A stretch of DNA of 64,000 nucleotides from Bigelowiella natans CCMP2755 (GCA_000320545.1 ADNK01001960.1:1-64000); one strand, 5' to 3'; positions 47,977 through 62,105 are shown, numbered from the stretch's first letter. Translations and numbers: made by a program. The notes: generated from the sequence alone by a model not told the origin.

Positions 47977-50892
47977 TTGCCTGGCTGCGCATACGTCGCC
48001 CTATCCGTACTGCTTTCGCTCCTTACGGTAGCAGCATTTCTGCGAGGACAAGAGAAGGAGATGGCACATTTTCGCATAGAACGATGTGCAAGACAAGGAC
48101 TTCTTTGTTCACGACCCATCCTGAGGCCTCCTCTTCGAAGATCGTCGCTACCCTTTAACTCCAGGTTCAGAAGATCCATCCCGCTTGCTTCGCCATGCGA
48201 AAATTTTACACTGAAATCAGAAAATTCAGCATGCGCCATCATTCATGTTAACCTTATTATTTGTAGGGGCACTACGTCTTTCGCAAGACTGCGGCGTTTG
48301 AGAGGCCATTTCGATACGAAGGGCATGATGGGTGGGGGTCATCATAGAAATTTATCGGCTCCTTCCAGTTGCATCGAAGCCACAAGAAATGAGGACGCTC
48401 AAATGAGTGATGTTCTCATGATAGTCAAGAAAGCATGTGATTCCCTCTCGCCACTGGTCGGTCGATTCATGCAGTAAGATAATGGCTAGTATCTTCTCCT
48501 TCACCTCACTCAACTCTTCCATTCACATACACACACACAGGTTCGATGCATTTACGACAAGCAAAGCTCGGAGGATTTATCGACTCAAAAGGCTGATCTC
48601 AGCTACTTCACCATAGCAGATGGCCTGGTTGTTTGCTGGATGCATGATGGGTTATCATCATATTATGGCACTGATGCACCGCACTACTATCCTCCTCCCA
48701 GGTTCAGGAACTCATACTAAGATACCTATTTAAGACCGTCAAATTCAAGGTGAGGCGTGTGGGTACTACGTGCGCATGATCTCCGTTTGATGGTGGCATC
48801 GGATTCTTTCTCTGTTCGCATAGGCTGTGGTTGCTGAGGAAGACGTCGCAGTGGATCTGCAGAAGCAACCATTCTCTGTTGGCCAGTTCAAAATCCCAGA
48901 GAATTCGGAGATTGCAACTGGAATCCAGAAGGCATGTGCCGCATTAGAGTCTTACTCAAAAGGTTATCATCGCCGTGATTGTTGCATGTTGATCTGTGGT
49001 GCTAATGTTGATACTGCTGCTAAAGTGTGCATATGGTTACTTACACATCACCAACATCGTCGCATCATCGAAGCCAATAAGCGTCACCTCCCCTTCCTAC
49101 ATCCCTATCTTTGGCAGAGCTGGAGATGCTGGACAAGGGGGGAACCAATGGAGTTCTAGGTGATCGTGTTATCGAACAACTGCTGCCGCCGCAGTGCGTG
49201 CGGATCCTGTTTTTTTCTCTTCAGACAACAGAAAATTTGCACGCATCCATGCACAACTTTTGAAGAAACCTAACCATCTTTTCTCTGCTTGCTTCATCAA
49301 ATCCTTGTGATTTCCCTTTTCTTATCATTGGTGTCATCGTCATCGTCGTCATCGTCATCATCTTTGCCAGCGAAATCGACTCTTTTCCTGGATCCGATCG
49401 ATGGTACAAAGGAATTCGTGCAGAAGAAGTAAGTACGTACTTACGTCCTCCGCATGTGTATTCAGCCATGCATAAGCCAACAGATGTTATGCGCTCGGTC
49501 AATATGGAGATCATGATGGGTGGTGGTGGGTTTGCAGAACACACACATGCATCGTCCCAACTCGTATGACAAATCACAGCTGGTGCTTGCTGCTGCTCGT
49601 GAGATCGAGATGCTTATGATAGATGATAATGATGATGACTTGTTATTATTGTTGTTATCATTACTATTTTATTATTCTGAACCTTATGGCAATTATTCAA
49701 GAGGGGAATGCTGCACAATATGCATCGGTTTTTCCCGCGACGGAAAAGCGGACGCAGGGCTCGTTTATCGCCCCATCCCTCCTACCACCACTTGGGCGGC
49801 TGGTACTACTTGTAACAAGTTGCAGTAGCATATACTGCTGCAATTTTGTTTTCATCTAACATATATATCATCTGATGCTATCGTCGTCGTTATGGTGCTC
49901 ATCATCATGTTATAATGAAGGCTGCAGCAGGGAAGGATTCTTCACGTCGGAGCTAGCAGAAATTGTGGACAAGCAGCATGACGGGGATGATGATGATGGA
50001 GATTGTGGTGGCAGGACAAACACGACGACAACAACAATGAAGAAGAAGAAACCGACGTTCCTAACTCCTCAGCGTGTCAGTGACTTTCTTGCAAAGGTGG
50101 TGATGATAATGATGATCATGATGATGACGATGACGACGGAGCAATGATGATGTGCTGCCACTGCTGCTGCCGCCGCTGCTGTCATAAACACTGATGACTC
50201 AAGACGACCGAGCAAGCGAAGACAACGTTTCGTTCAGAGCACATGTCGATCATACGTGTGTGTTATAACAGGTAATAGACGAAATGGAGGGGCGCAAAAT
50301 TTCAGTTGGCGGGTACACCGATCGCGTAAATCTACTCGCATGGAAACACGCATGACGCACGCTCCCTCCTCCCCCCCCTCCCCCCCTCCGTGACAATTGA
50401 CACACGATATGCAGGTGTGGAAATAAAGCATTATTGTTGCTCGAGCATCGAGATCACTGGTAGGTCAACCATCGCATTTCTCGAGAGAGGGTGCCTATGC
50501 GTGTCTTATGATACGTCCGGCCTTGTACGCAGAGGGCTAGTATTTGCTTGTACTAGATTGATTTTAGGAGATGATAGTTATACGCACACAACATACTAGT
50601 TGATATGGATATAGATGGGTTATATAAGGCCACATCCTGCCGTAGTTATTCTGAACGCCGTTAAGAACAATTAGTACTACTACTACTACTACTACTACTA
50701 GTAGTAGTAGTAGGAGTATTCTAGTAGTAGCCTTCTCAGCATCGTTTCCCCAAAGTGGCAGCACAGCTTGCCTAATTCATTAATTGATCACTCTGTTTCT
50801 TCTTCTTCTTCTTCTTCATAATCCACCAGGTATATCCTGGATCGGGGACTATCACGATGGGATACGTGTGCCGCCCAGGCAGTGCTGGAGGT

Positions 50893-50924
<32 letters not shown>

Positions 50925-51420
50925 TAGTAATAGCAGTACCTTAAAGAACCTGATAGCGAATGTACTCCATTCTATTCTGGGCGGTATGTTCTACCTCCTC
51001 CTCTCCCTCCTCTACGATCACAATGGCAAGCGATGATGATGACGATAACATTGCCAGGCTCAGGGGGGGCGCATGACGAAGCTCACATCTTTCTGTCCAA
51101 CGAGCCTGAGCGCTGCTGATGACGGCGACACCAAGGATGATGATGCTGTAGAAGCAGAAAAGTAAGTCTCCTTCAATCCCCACCATCACGCACGTGCCCG
51201 CCGCTGCGCTCCTTACAGTAGAGGGATGGTTATAGTGGGGCGGGGAGGCAAGAGAAATCACTGCTACGAGTCTAGTATGTGAATTTGGCATCGAATCTCC
51301 CTTTCCGCCGCACTGTCCTTTCTCCTTAATCCCATCTCCTTCGTCTGCCTGATTGCAAATCCCCCATAACAGCTACATATATGAGAAGACCGATGTGAAT
51401 CTAGACTGGAACCCTGAGGT
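47977..51420 (+). CDS. Inositol monophosphatase / 3'(2'),5'-bisphosphate nucleotidase family protein with a signal+transit-like leader
   Basis: KADLSYFTIADGL (~48590-48628), VVAEED, FLDPIDGTKEF (~49385-49418), CTICIGF, GVGNKAL and SRWDTCAAQAVLE (~50851-50890) are FIG/IMPase superfamily motifs. A hydrophobic N-terminus is followed by an Arg/Ser-rich segment. Both ends are approximate. Confidence 0.85.
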
Positions 51421-51987
51421 GGTAGTCTTAGTAGTAGTTGTTGTTGTAGTAGTGTGTGGCAGCAGTCGCGAGTATTAGTGGTGGGAGAGATAATAGTAAC
51501 GTTAATGTATACATATTGAAGCAGATCGATAGCGATAGTTCACACGCTCATATGATCAAAGTTGTCCATTATTATCATTATCATTACTATTATTTATTTA
51601 TTTTATTTACTTTTTTCCCGGATTTCCCTCCCTCATCGTGAATATACGGCAAACAGGTCGAATTAACGCGCTATAATGCTCGCGGCGAGTTCCAAGCCGG
51701 TAATACATAGAAAACGAGTACTCGTGGATATAGGAACTCTGCCTGGATGTATATACTCACAATTTACATCGTTATTTTGCCGTGATAGAGATTGGAAATA
51801 GAGCTGCAGATAGGCACCGGCTCCTTCCTTACTCGAATGTGTGTGGAATCGTCGCCCACCCAAGGATAACACAGTACAGCCTTTGCTAGAAAAGTTCATT
51901 CTGTGGACGTAACCGATTTTATGCTGTGCACAATAAATGAATTTATTTTGGTTTATTACTGTACGTGTATCCCCCCCCCCCCGCTCT

Positions 51988-52030
<43 letters not shown>

Positions 52031-52999
52031 ATATTAGTGCATATGTGTGTGTGTGTGTGTGTGTGTGTGTTCCTGATGAATCTCAATGCTGGCTCTATTC
52101 TGTCTTCTTTTCTTCTATTGTGCATCGTCATCACGTAAAGGGAAAGCTGGGAGAAGATGGTCGATGTTCTAAAGCGTGTATCCGCAGCTGTTAGTCCTAA
52201 ATTTACATGAAATCATTCAGCGCTCCTACTCACAACATGCGTAGCATGTGTGTGTGTGTTTGTGTGTGTGCGTGTGTGTGCGTGTGTGTGGATTAGTGTG
52301 TGCTTGTTTCACATCACTCACAAAGTGTGTACATGGGAAAATGTAGCTCTTTTAAGTACAAGTATTCGACTGCTACGTGTCCGTATCAGGAGGGATTTCA
52401 AGAGTGCTTTTGCTGTTTTTTGCATTTAGCAATTGTCTATCGCAAATGGTGTTATGCTTAGCAAATAGACACGATCAAAGAAGCACTGGCAGCGTTGAAT
52501 GGCGATCGTTTGTGTGTACACATCTAAAACATGTACGAAGCATGGAGCTGCAATCTAGCCACTAAAGCGCACCTTGAAAATTCAATGCACAGCTGGACAG
52601 CATCACAAATAATAACGGGATGTGCTATGATTGTGCAAGCGCAAGTCCACAATGCAACGTTGAGGCTAAACAGTATGAGTTGCTGGGATGAGGCGCATAA
52701 ATGCATGACTGATTGTATGCTCACTTGCATCATTGTTAAGCAATGAATTTGCTTGTGAACCTCCAGTTGTAAATTTAACATGTTTGCGATCATGGAGCGT
52801 CAGCCTCTCTAGGTGCAACAACTGACTGAACGAATATCATGCATTTTATGCAGGACGCGACTCCTAATTTACATATATCGATTATTTCATCATTACGATG
52901 ATAAAATCAACCTCATTAATGACTTGTGATCTAGTCGTTCTATGAGCAAAAAGGCTTCTAAATCTCATATTGCAGCTTTCTCATCGACGTCGCGACTAC

Positions 53000-53383
53000 T
53001 GGCATACGGTCTATCAATTCTCATGCGATCTTGGTTATTCTCTGGAAGTCCTAGCACTGCTTTCACGACCGCACAGTGCAGCATCTCTATTGTTCCAACA
53101 TCTCTCTGAAGCTTAGACATCAAGTGGCCGCCCTGCACATGGTATCACAGAGATAGATGAGTCATTCGTGCACACATTGCACCTCGTACTGATTGCGGAG
53201 CATTCATCAATGGGATGGGAGCTACTTCTATCGATCAATGCGCATACATACCATGGCGCGCTTCAAAAAACTCCCCTTCTCTTTGGCCTGTATGGAGCTC
53301 TTCGCCGCACAATCCAGAGGCATCTCGCCGTACGCATTCCTTTTGTTGGAAAATGTGGTGGTGACGAACGAGACAATGGAAGA

Positions 53384-53427
<44 letters not shown>

Positions 53428-55550
53428 CATATATGCATACATGCACTGATTTGTACAAGAGTCTGAGAGTTTGTAGCAGGGGGTAAATCAAAAGTATCTT
53501 CAATGGAAATAAGCGAGAAGAGACTGTTGTTAAGTGGGCTACTACCGTACAAAGCAGTCGGCCCCACAGGCGACAAGGCTTCGAACGCTGCCTAGTGTTC
53601 CCTGCAGCGCTGCAATTTCAAGCGCCGTTTGCATCCCATATGCAGCATACATCTTTGCATTGATATCAGTGCCATAGCTCGTGAGCAGAGTGATCGTGTG
53701 GTCAATTCTCGCGTAAGAGGAAGAGGATGAACCTGCCGCGCACCAATGGAGTGCTGTAGCACCTTGGTTAGAGCGCAGATTTTGCTTTGCGCTGCAGTCG
53801 CCGATGAGATATTGCACCGTCGCACTGTCTGCGTTATGGGCGGCAGTGTGGAGAAGGGACATGCCTCGAAAGCAACGGCAATTGGCCCACTGAGGCTCGT
53901 TGGAGGTAAATTCAAGAAAACGTTTCCTCAGTGATTTTTTGCTTCTGCCCCCTCCTTTGCCGCCGCCCTCCTCCTCCTTCTCTTCCCCCACAGCAGGTCT
54001 ATCATCGGTATCATCATCCTGGCCGCTGTTGTTATACATTGATATGCTGTTGTCCATGGCGTCATTAAATGAGCCAAGCAGCTCATGCAGCATCTACCGC
54101 CGACAAAAAGCACGGACATATAGCACAAAAGAAGAGAAAGAAGAGGATCTTCGTTAATGGGTTGATTTTGTTGCGCTTCGAACAATAATGCATGATACGT
54201 CTCTACATGAAACGACTTCTATTTGTAAGATGCGTCTGTGTGTTGGTCCTGTCCATTTTTGCCTGTAAAATCATTAGCAGAAAGAGTACCTGCACAAAGT
54301 CTCTCGTGTCACGCATCCTAGGCCTATTCATTTCTATATTTGATTCATCCACACAGACATCCATAAACAGACACGAATTCATTGATATTATAACCTCGCC
54401 CTCATCATCATAATTGCCATCTTTTCATCATTTTCCGTACCATCCTCTTACCGAAGTGTTCGAGTAGAGCTTCCACGTCTGAGCCGTGAGAGTTGAGCGT
54501 GGCGAAATCCACTCTCTGCCCTTGCTCTACGTCCTTCAAAGTCAACGTCTGCTGATTGTGAATCTCACAAAATTGCCTGGACCTTTGAGTCGGTTCTGAT
54601 TCCTTAGAGAGAGAGCATAGCAGGATAGCAGCACCAGCATGAGCACATTTTCAGTTGCAGCTTTAGCTTGCAATCATCACACGATGAAGTCCAGCTATCA
54701 TGCCGTGTTGAGTTGTGGCATATTTTCGAGCATAAAATACATCGATGTAATTACCACATATCCAACAACATCACCAATGTTGTCATAAAAAAATTATTGT
54801 AATGGCAGCATAGCTACCGTCCCATTAAGTGCCAGAAAGTCAATTCTCGTCGCTGCGCCTTCGTCCTCCCCCCTTTCTTCTGCATATTTTTCGGCAAAGT
54901 TTCCAGGGAACCGCATCGTGATGCTGAGCACCTTTTTAAATTTAGCTCTCCGTCTTCCCTTGGTCAGATCGAGATTGAGAAATAGAGGTTCGCTCTGAGG
55001 TCTGGATTGCACAGCCCCCCCCCTACTTGTCTTCTTCTTCTCGCTCGGGTGTTCAAAATGATGATGGGCTTGGGGCATTACTTCCTCCGCCGTTTCGAAA
55101 TCAATGTCATCGTGGTTCACCCAGATTTGCACGCTATGAGGCATGCTTAGCGCGGAAGCGCCTTGAATTGACAAAGAGGTCAGGTTGACCTAGATAGATG
55201 TAAGGCGGGGTGTGTGTCAGCCAAATGATATTCTAGGATATTGTGAGATGGCTACAGCTTGACTTCGAACGTTAGTGACTCAGCAGGTTACCTCTACTCG
55301 GAATGGAATGTGAATGATGAGGTCGCCGTCTCCTTCGTTCGAACAGATAAACTGAAAAATCGGTCATAGATGAGGTCTTTGTCTCCTTCGTTTGAACAGA
55401 TGAACTGAAAAATCGGTCATTCTGGTGGAGCGACGCTCAAATGGTGGAAGGAGAAAAATCAGTACTTTTGAATCGCTTTCTGGATGCTCCTTAATACAAG
55501 CGTTCGGACAAGACCCCTTTACATTCTTTCCGGTCACTGAAATGCGTGCG
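53000..55550 (-). CDS. PITH-domain plus ankyrin-repeat protein, multi-exon
   Basis: PITH: DGDLIIHIPF (~55300-55330), VNLTSLSIQG..PHSVQIWVNHDDIDFETAE...KFKKVLSITMRFPGNF...TRIDFLALNG (54810-55190). Ankyrin: GMSLLHTAA, QGATALHWCA, MQTALEIAALQG, YGEMPLDCA (53300-53870). Membership of one transcript is inferred. Confidence 0.7.
55315..55420. repeat. ~53-bp imperfect tandem duplication covering a splice acceptor of the PITH gene
   Basis: gatgaggtc...gtctccttcgtt(c/t)gaacagat(a/g)aactgaaaaatcggtcat occurs twice. Confidence 0.8.
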
Positions 55551-56427
55551 CGATGACATCCATCAATCACGAGGGCACGAGAAAATTTACTTGAAGTAGG
55601 CACCCCAAGCCCTAGCAATGTGTTTACCTTGTTCTATGTCTATGAATTCGAACAACCCTGATGATTTGGAAAGATCCACATTCCCTACCGTCAGTTTCAT
55701 ATCATCCTGATGTCTCACGTCAGGCAAGAATATCGTTGGGTCATCCACATGTATCATGTTCCCTCCCCCCCCTCTCCCCAGATTCGGTCAGACGACACGA
55801 AGCAGGGGAAAATCTGAAAATAGCCTCATTTAGATCAAAATATCAGGGCAAAATATCTAACACAATTTTATACAAAAATCACAACTGCCAGTTTTCATAG
55901 CAAGCCATACTCATATACTCATGCACAACAGAGCAGGCTGCAAAAAAAATGCTTCCTTCCTCCCATTCTTGGGCAAAACGTAAGCTATAAGGTGACTGCG
56001 ACAAGGAATAATGAATATGCAATCTGGCGATGCCCGAAGAAAATGATTGATGACAGATGATGCTCGTTTACAAAATTGCCTGTGATTGCCTCCGAATTTA
56101 TGAGTGCGACAACACAAATTCGATATCGCAAACTGTCTGAATAGTGCACCACGTGCCCTACCACAAGAACAAGCACCCCAGTCCAACCCACCGATACATT
56201 TCACGCACAGGGGGACGGTTTTGCTGCAGTTTTTGGCAACGGTAATAAACAAGCTAGGTCATGCAATCTTACGCTTGCTTCATCACCATTATCGTATCAG
56301 TTAGTACTACTCACTACAGTACCAGTGGAGACCTGATAGACCATTTGCTCAGGAAAGTAGGTGCTAATTTGATTGTGTTTGCAGTTGCAACGACGTCTTG
56401 ATCGGTATCCATAGTCTTCCCCGCCTC

Positions 56428-58238
56428 ATGGGGTGCTCAGCAAGCGCCTCATCACCAAGCTTCAGGACCGAACAAAATGATCCTACAAAAGGGTATTTCT
56501 ACACTAATTTTGAGAGGATGGTGAACCGTCATTATTTTTACAGTACTCAATACATGTATATCAGAGTCCTGGTTACAAATGCGGACACTATGCGGGGGAG
56601 AGCAATTGTTCAGGATCTGCTGGAACGGAGGAACAAAGCGGTTAGGGAAAAGTTGGAGCTGTTAGTAGAATAGAAACGAAGAAGCACATACTGCATTTTC
56701 TCAGAATTTGTTAAAAACTTTTCCCAACGCCTCCTCCTTTTGTTCCCTCTTCATCTTGCTTTCATCCAGCCAATGAATTTTATCAAAGTCAAGGGTTTAG
56801 TGACGGATCCCTTTACAGATGAGGTAATACACGCAGAAACAGCCAAAGCAGCAGGAGGAGAACACGTTTTATCACGTAATGAGGTTTTGAGAAGGCCAGC
56901 AGCACACTGTGAACATGTCACCATCGTTTGATAAGTTGCATCATGATCACTCTCTTAAGGCACAAGATCTAGCAGACATAGGATGTATGGTCCTGAAAGG
57001 TGGTTCGAACTGCCAGAATGCAGATGATGATGATGATGGTGATGATCATGATGATGATGATTACAAAAGTTCGTATCCTGTTGGGTGAAGATGAAGTATA
57101 TAAATATAGCTATAAGATAGATTGTAAATCGGATGATGATGAAGTATGATACGCGAACTTATTTGCTATTTTGGAATGAAGGGTAGATACATTGTCAGCC
57201 GTACCTCTTCTCTTGCTTCTGTACTGCCTGCTGCCTTTGTTTTTGCTGTAGGAAGGATTGATGCCCCATCTAAGCTATGGCTCGCTTTAAAAGATACGAA
57301 GTCTGTGATCTGTGTGCTAGATATCAACGACTCCGTTGACCGAGTATTATCTACACAACTGCATACAGCAACAGCAGCCATTCATGCTATTCGTACATAT
57401 TGTGCAATTATTAGGGATGTGTGTGTGTGTGTCTGTGTGTGTGTGTGTGTTTGTTAAGTATTTTCCCCACTAGCTAAAAAGGAAGAGGAATGCTCTGTTT
57501 CTGCTTCTCTCAGTCTCCGACCCCTTACAGCTTTCGACTCCGCTTTACCTACAGGACGTGGAAAAGACTATCCGTTGCATCAGGGAATTTGCTGGCGTTT
57601 GTCGCAAAATGAAGGTACACAAAGGAGATCGTTCTCTCTGCCATTCTATGTGGTGTGCTTACCCATGCATCATTTGTTGCGTTTGATCATCATTATTGTC
57701 ATTATCATCATCATCATCCTACTACTACTTCGCCTCTAAATCAATAGGTCCAAGATTTCATTCTCTGTTTGAATGACGATGCTGTTCGGTCTTCCGATTC
57801 TCACTGTCTGGAGCTTTTGAAAAAGGTTTAATAAGCACACAGCAAGCTACGACGACATGATATATAATATATATAAATATACATTTATAAACAACCCCCC
57901 TTCATCACCACCATCATCATCCTCATCACTATCACTTCTCCTAAGCATCAGCTGCTAGTCACTGCCTGGAATATTACACGTTCTTGAACCGTCATTGCAA
58001 CAATCTGTCCCTCCTCCTCCTCCTCCTCCTCCTCCTCCTCCTCCTCCTGCTCCTGCTGCTGCTGCTGCTGCTCCCCCCCTCTCTATCTATCTTACACAGC
58101 TTCTCTACTATCGATTCGATTTCGTGAGGGTCATTCGCACGCCAGATTTATGCTATCAAGATCTGCTTCAAGGACTATCATTCAGGGTATAGTTGCCGTA
58201 TCCCCCCCCTCCTCCTCCTCCTCCTCCTCCTCGTCCAT

Positions 58239-58276
<38 letters not shown>

Positions 58277-58532
58277 TCCGATTTTCCTAACGTTTTTGCT
58301 TCGCTTCGTGTATCGTCGTCCTTTGCTGCTGCTTAGACTGAGAGGGGGGAGGCCGTGCTCCAAGGCAAGATGGTTGTAGTAGTTGATAGCATATGTTATC
58401 TCGGGCATCATATTAGGACTAGTAAGGGCAATCGTTGTATGTTGGAAAGGGGAGGGAAGGGGAGGCGGCAAGCCTGCTATATTGTTCTCACCTACTATCT
58501 CTAGTCCATGAATCAATACAGCATTGTCATCA

Positions 58533-58565
<33 letters not shown>

Positions 58566-59745
58566 ATGCTTTTCCACACGCCATCAACATCCTCCTCAGC
58601 CTGAGAACACGATTATCCCCATGGTTGGTTTGAAGAGCATCGTGAGGAGAACAGTAGAGGCGTTCACTCACCCGCAGCTTACTGAAGCTATAACGACAGT
58701 GCCTGTGTCGCAGGTTGTCCTCTATCCCCAACATATCAAGATAATGAAGATAGAATAGGACGTGGGAAGGGACCTCCTCCTCCTCCTCCTTCTCCTCCTA
58801 ATGTTCAACCATTTCCTCTTCTTCGGAACACCAACACGACACAGACGATGGACGTTACAAAGTACCTGGAGCAAGTTTCTATGATTACTGGAATTCGCCT
58901 TTCCTACGAACGTATCAACGATGATGTCCCGTAAGTTTTTATGTTATTTTACCTCTCCTCCTCATCCTCCTCCTCCTCCTCATCCTGCATATGTTCTTGC
59001 TGTTTCGTCCTGCTGCCTAATTCTTCTTCATATCTCCTTTCCCGACTCCGTTATGTTCGATTTAATCCGACCCCCCCCCCCCTCCTTGGTTTCCCTCCTA
59101 AGAACACCCAGGCAATATTCGCACGCGGTAGGCACAATTCTGAGAAGAGCTCAAGGCGATGTCTGCAACGACAGGAAGAGAAATGGCAGCATGTTAAGGA
59201 GGAAATTAGGCAGCGGCGGAAAAGGCCATCAACAACCATACGGTAGCAACAATAACAACGATTGGAGTGAAGTATCATCGATCTCTTGCAGCGAGTCGGA
59301 GCCCTTCAAACGATGGGCAATGGAGAACAAGCTAGTCGTCGAGAATAACATCGGAATGGAGAGTGTAGATTCAGCGCAGGCAGGACAGCGGCAGAGAAGA
59401 GAGGGCGATAGGAAAGGGAGAACGACGACACATGCATCCCATAACAGCCTTCTCCAGCAGATGATGCAATCCCCCGTGATCGTAGACGAAGATTGGGTCA
59501 AAAAGACTGTTAGGTCGGTCTTTACGTCGAGGAAGTCGCTCAAGCGCAAGGTGGAAAGGCACAATTCTACCAAAAGCTTACACAAGATGAAGAGAATCAG
59601 CGAGTTCTCTTCGGATTATCCCAAGACAGACACGGCAAAACAAGGCGCGGGCACGTCCGTGAAGCGAAACAATGCGCCCAACAACTCACAAATAGCACCG
59701 ACAAAAGGTGAAAACACGGCTGTCATTCCTGAGCAGTCGTCGTGA
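56428..59745 (+). CDS. Hypothetical multi-exon protein with an N-terminal MGCSAS acylation motif
   Basis: ATG 56428 gives MGCSASASS. A series of short GT-AG-bounded coding blocks runs through 58920, followed by a long disordered last exon (ORF 58921-59745). Confidence 0.5.
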
Positions 59746-60852
59746 ATATAAACAACAAAGAAACGTCATCGAAACTCGAGCACGCTAGAATTATGTGTGT
59801 CTATTTTTTTGGTTAATTGGGACACAATGCTCATCAGTATCTACTGAATAAATGTCAGCAAGTTGCTCTCCATATACATTCTATGGTGATATCTATCTCC
59901 TCCGGGGATTCGATTTGACCGCTGAAGACAACGGGTACTAAGACCAAGATCGATGCCAATGTTTGAAGTCAGCTAGCCCAATATTCATTCATGCTGAGGT
60001 TCCTTGCTTTATGCGTGTACTTCGTCATCATGCTAATATGGTTACATGGGCGATAGCGGCGGCAGTTTTCATTTTCTTTTCTTTCTCGATTGAAAAATTC
60101 AAGATTATTTATCAAGTGGCTGCATGTACATACACATGCTCGCATATCATAGACATCTTGTCGAGATCTAGCGTGTAACATGACCGATGCGACGTGTAGT
60201 AACAACGCAAGTTCTGTTTGACCGCCATGAGGCCACATTAAGTCATCTACTACTACTGCTACTACTACAATGAAAATGATGCGCACACTGCATGTATCTA
60301 CAAAACAATGCACACATTGGTGCGATGTGCGGAAATTAATCATCATCGTTTGACAGCCGCCCACCAGGAACATAATTTCCGCGCCCCTACTGTGGTTATA
60401 CGATCAGATCGCATCGCGCAGACTGTCCGTGTGTGATGCAGCTGTGCATCGATCATTAACAATCAACGATGAGACTACACTCATGCCAGCGAGATTCGGT
60501 TGCATGATTCTAGAAAATGTACTGCTTGCATCTAGTGCATCTGCATCATTCATTATCGTCAGTGCATGCGAAATCTGTCAAATCCATATGTCAGCGCGTA
60601 CAATGCATGCGTAGATACACAAGTCAATTTTATTGACAAAACATGTCTCCACAGATGCAGGTAAAAATTTGAATAAGATCAGTAGTAAAGAAACGGAGCG
60701 CGTTTGTCCGAGTTACTCTTCCCATGTGCCTAGCTAGCATTTGAATGGCAAGTTGTGGATTTGATGGTGGCCGTGATGAGGTGGGATTGTGCTGGTACAT
60801 GTGGTGCTCAGATGTGGAACGATGCTGCTGCTACTACTAGTCATCATAACGG

Positions 60853-60885
<33 letters not shown>

Positions 60886-60939
60886 CGTGTCGATGAACAT
60901 GGCGATATCACGACGATGCTAGTAGTCTCCTCCATTCCT

Positions 60940-61378
60940 CTAATCGTAATCAGCATGAGAGTAAAATCGGTACTGGCACTTTTGCAGCATACGTGGACAG
61001 CAGAGAGACAATGCTTGTCCTTCATGTGGCTACCAACCATTCTATGGAACATGGATTAGCGCCGAAGAAACGATGCTGCAGGGTAGTAATGACAACCATC
61101 AACAAGCTTCTCCACCTGGTGATGGTAAGTAGGTACGTGGTGCATCAGCAGTGATAGGTAGTAGTAGTAGCAGTAGTAGTAGCAGTAGTGGTAGTAGTAG
61201 TAGGAAGAAGAAGATGATGAAGAAGAGGAGGGAGAAGAAATCGAATGCAACAAGGAATGTGTGGGCGAGGAGGGAGGGGGAGAGAGAGATAGAGAAGGAA
61301 GAGGGGTGCATTATTCACCAGGCCATGAACTTCATCGATAGTCCTCACGGATTTCGTTAGCGCGGACTTTACGTTCAG

Positions 61379-61420
<42 letters not shown>

Positions 61421-61546
61421 AAATTTGACGATGACTTCAGTTATCACAGATGATGCAGATTCTGGTGATGTGATGAAGGGTAACCTCTAGCGTCATAACA
61501 TCACGCGCACGCACACAAACACACACAGAGGGAGGGAGAGAGAGGG

Positions 61547-61600
<54 letters not shown>

Positions 61601-61708
61601 CTAATACCGTCGCAGCACTGGCGTTGACACTTGCGGTGGTAGGCATCTGCATACATTCACCCACAAAGAAAAGGAGCACGAACAGATATATTCATAAGAG
61701 GATGGTGA

Positions 61709-61755
<47 letters not shown>

Positions 61756-61916
61756 CGGTGTGCCAGCAATCATCGCCCACAGAAGCTACCAGTTAGAAGC
61801 GAAACATCTCGGCGAAAACAGCCACGCACGGAGTGCCGCTAACGGGGTCGTTCACACCTAGATAGAAGGAATGCAATATTTCTCTTCGCAAATCTACGGT
61901 TTCACACGTGGTATGC

Positions 61917-61980
<64 letters not shown>

Positions 61981-62105
61981 ATGCGTGCTTATTTTTGCGA
62001 CTATTTATGTTGGAAAATGGCGGCGTGTGGCGGTGTAGTGAAGCAGGGTACGAGGAATGCATTCAGTGTACCGATCGCCCCGAATCCTGTCATTGTGATC
62101 CTGAG
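60940..62105 (-). pseudogene. Highly divergent GAPDH-like gene or pseudogene lacking the catalytic Cys/His
   Basis: Collinear weak matches to GAPDH: RITMTGFGAIGTL (KIGINGFGRIGRL), GVNDP, MPTTASVN (APMFVMGVN), ITSPESASSVITEVIVK (IVSNASCTTNCLAPLAK), NVKSALTKSVRTI (GIVEGLMTTVHAI), EKLVDG (QKTVDG). Confidence 0.5.

Noticed and set aside
61312-61345. IDEVHGLVNNA as a short-chain dehydrogenase motif
   Set aside because: No TGxxxGIG or YxxxK motif in register. The collinear GAPDH-like matches explain the region better.
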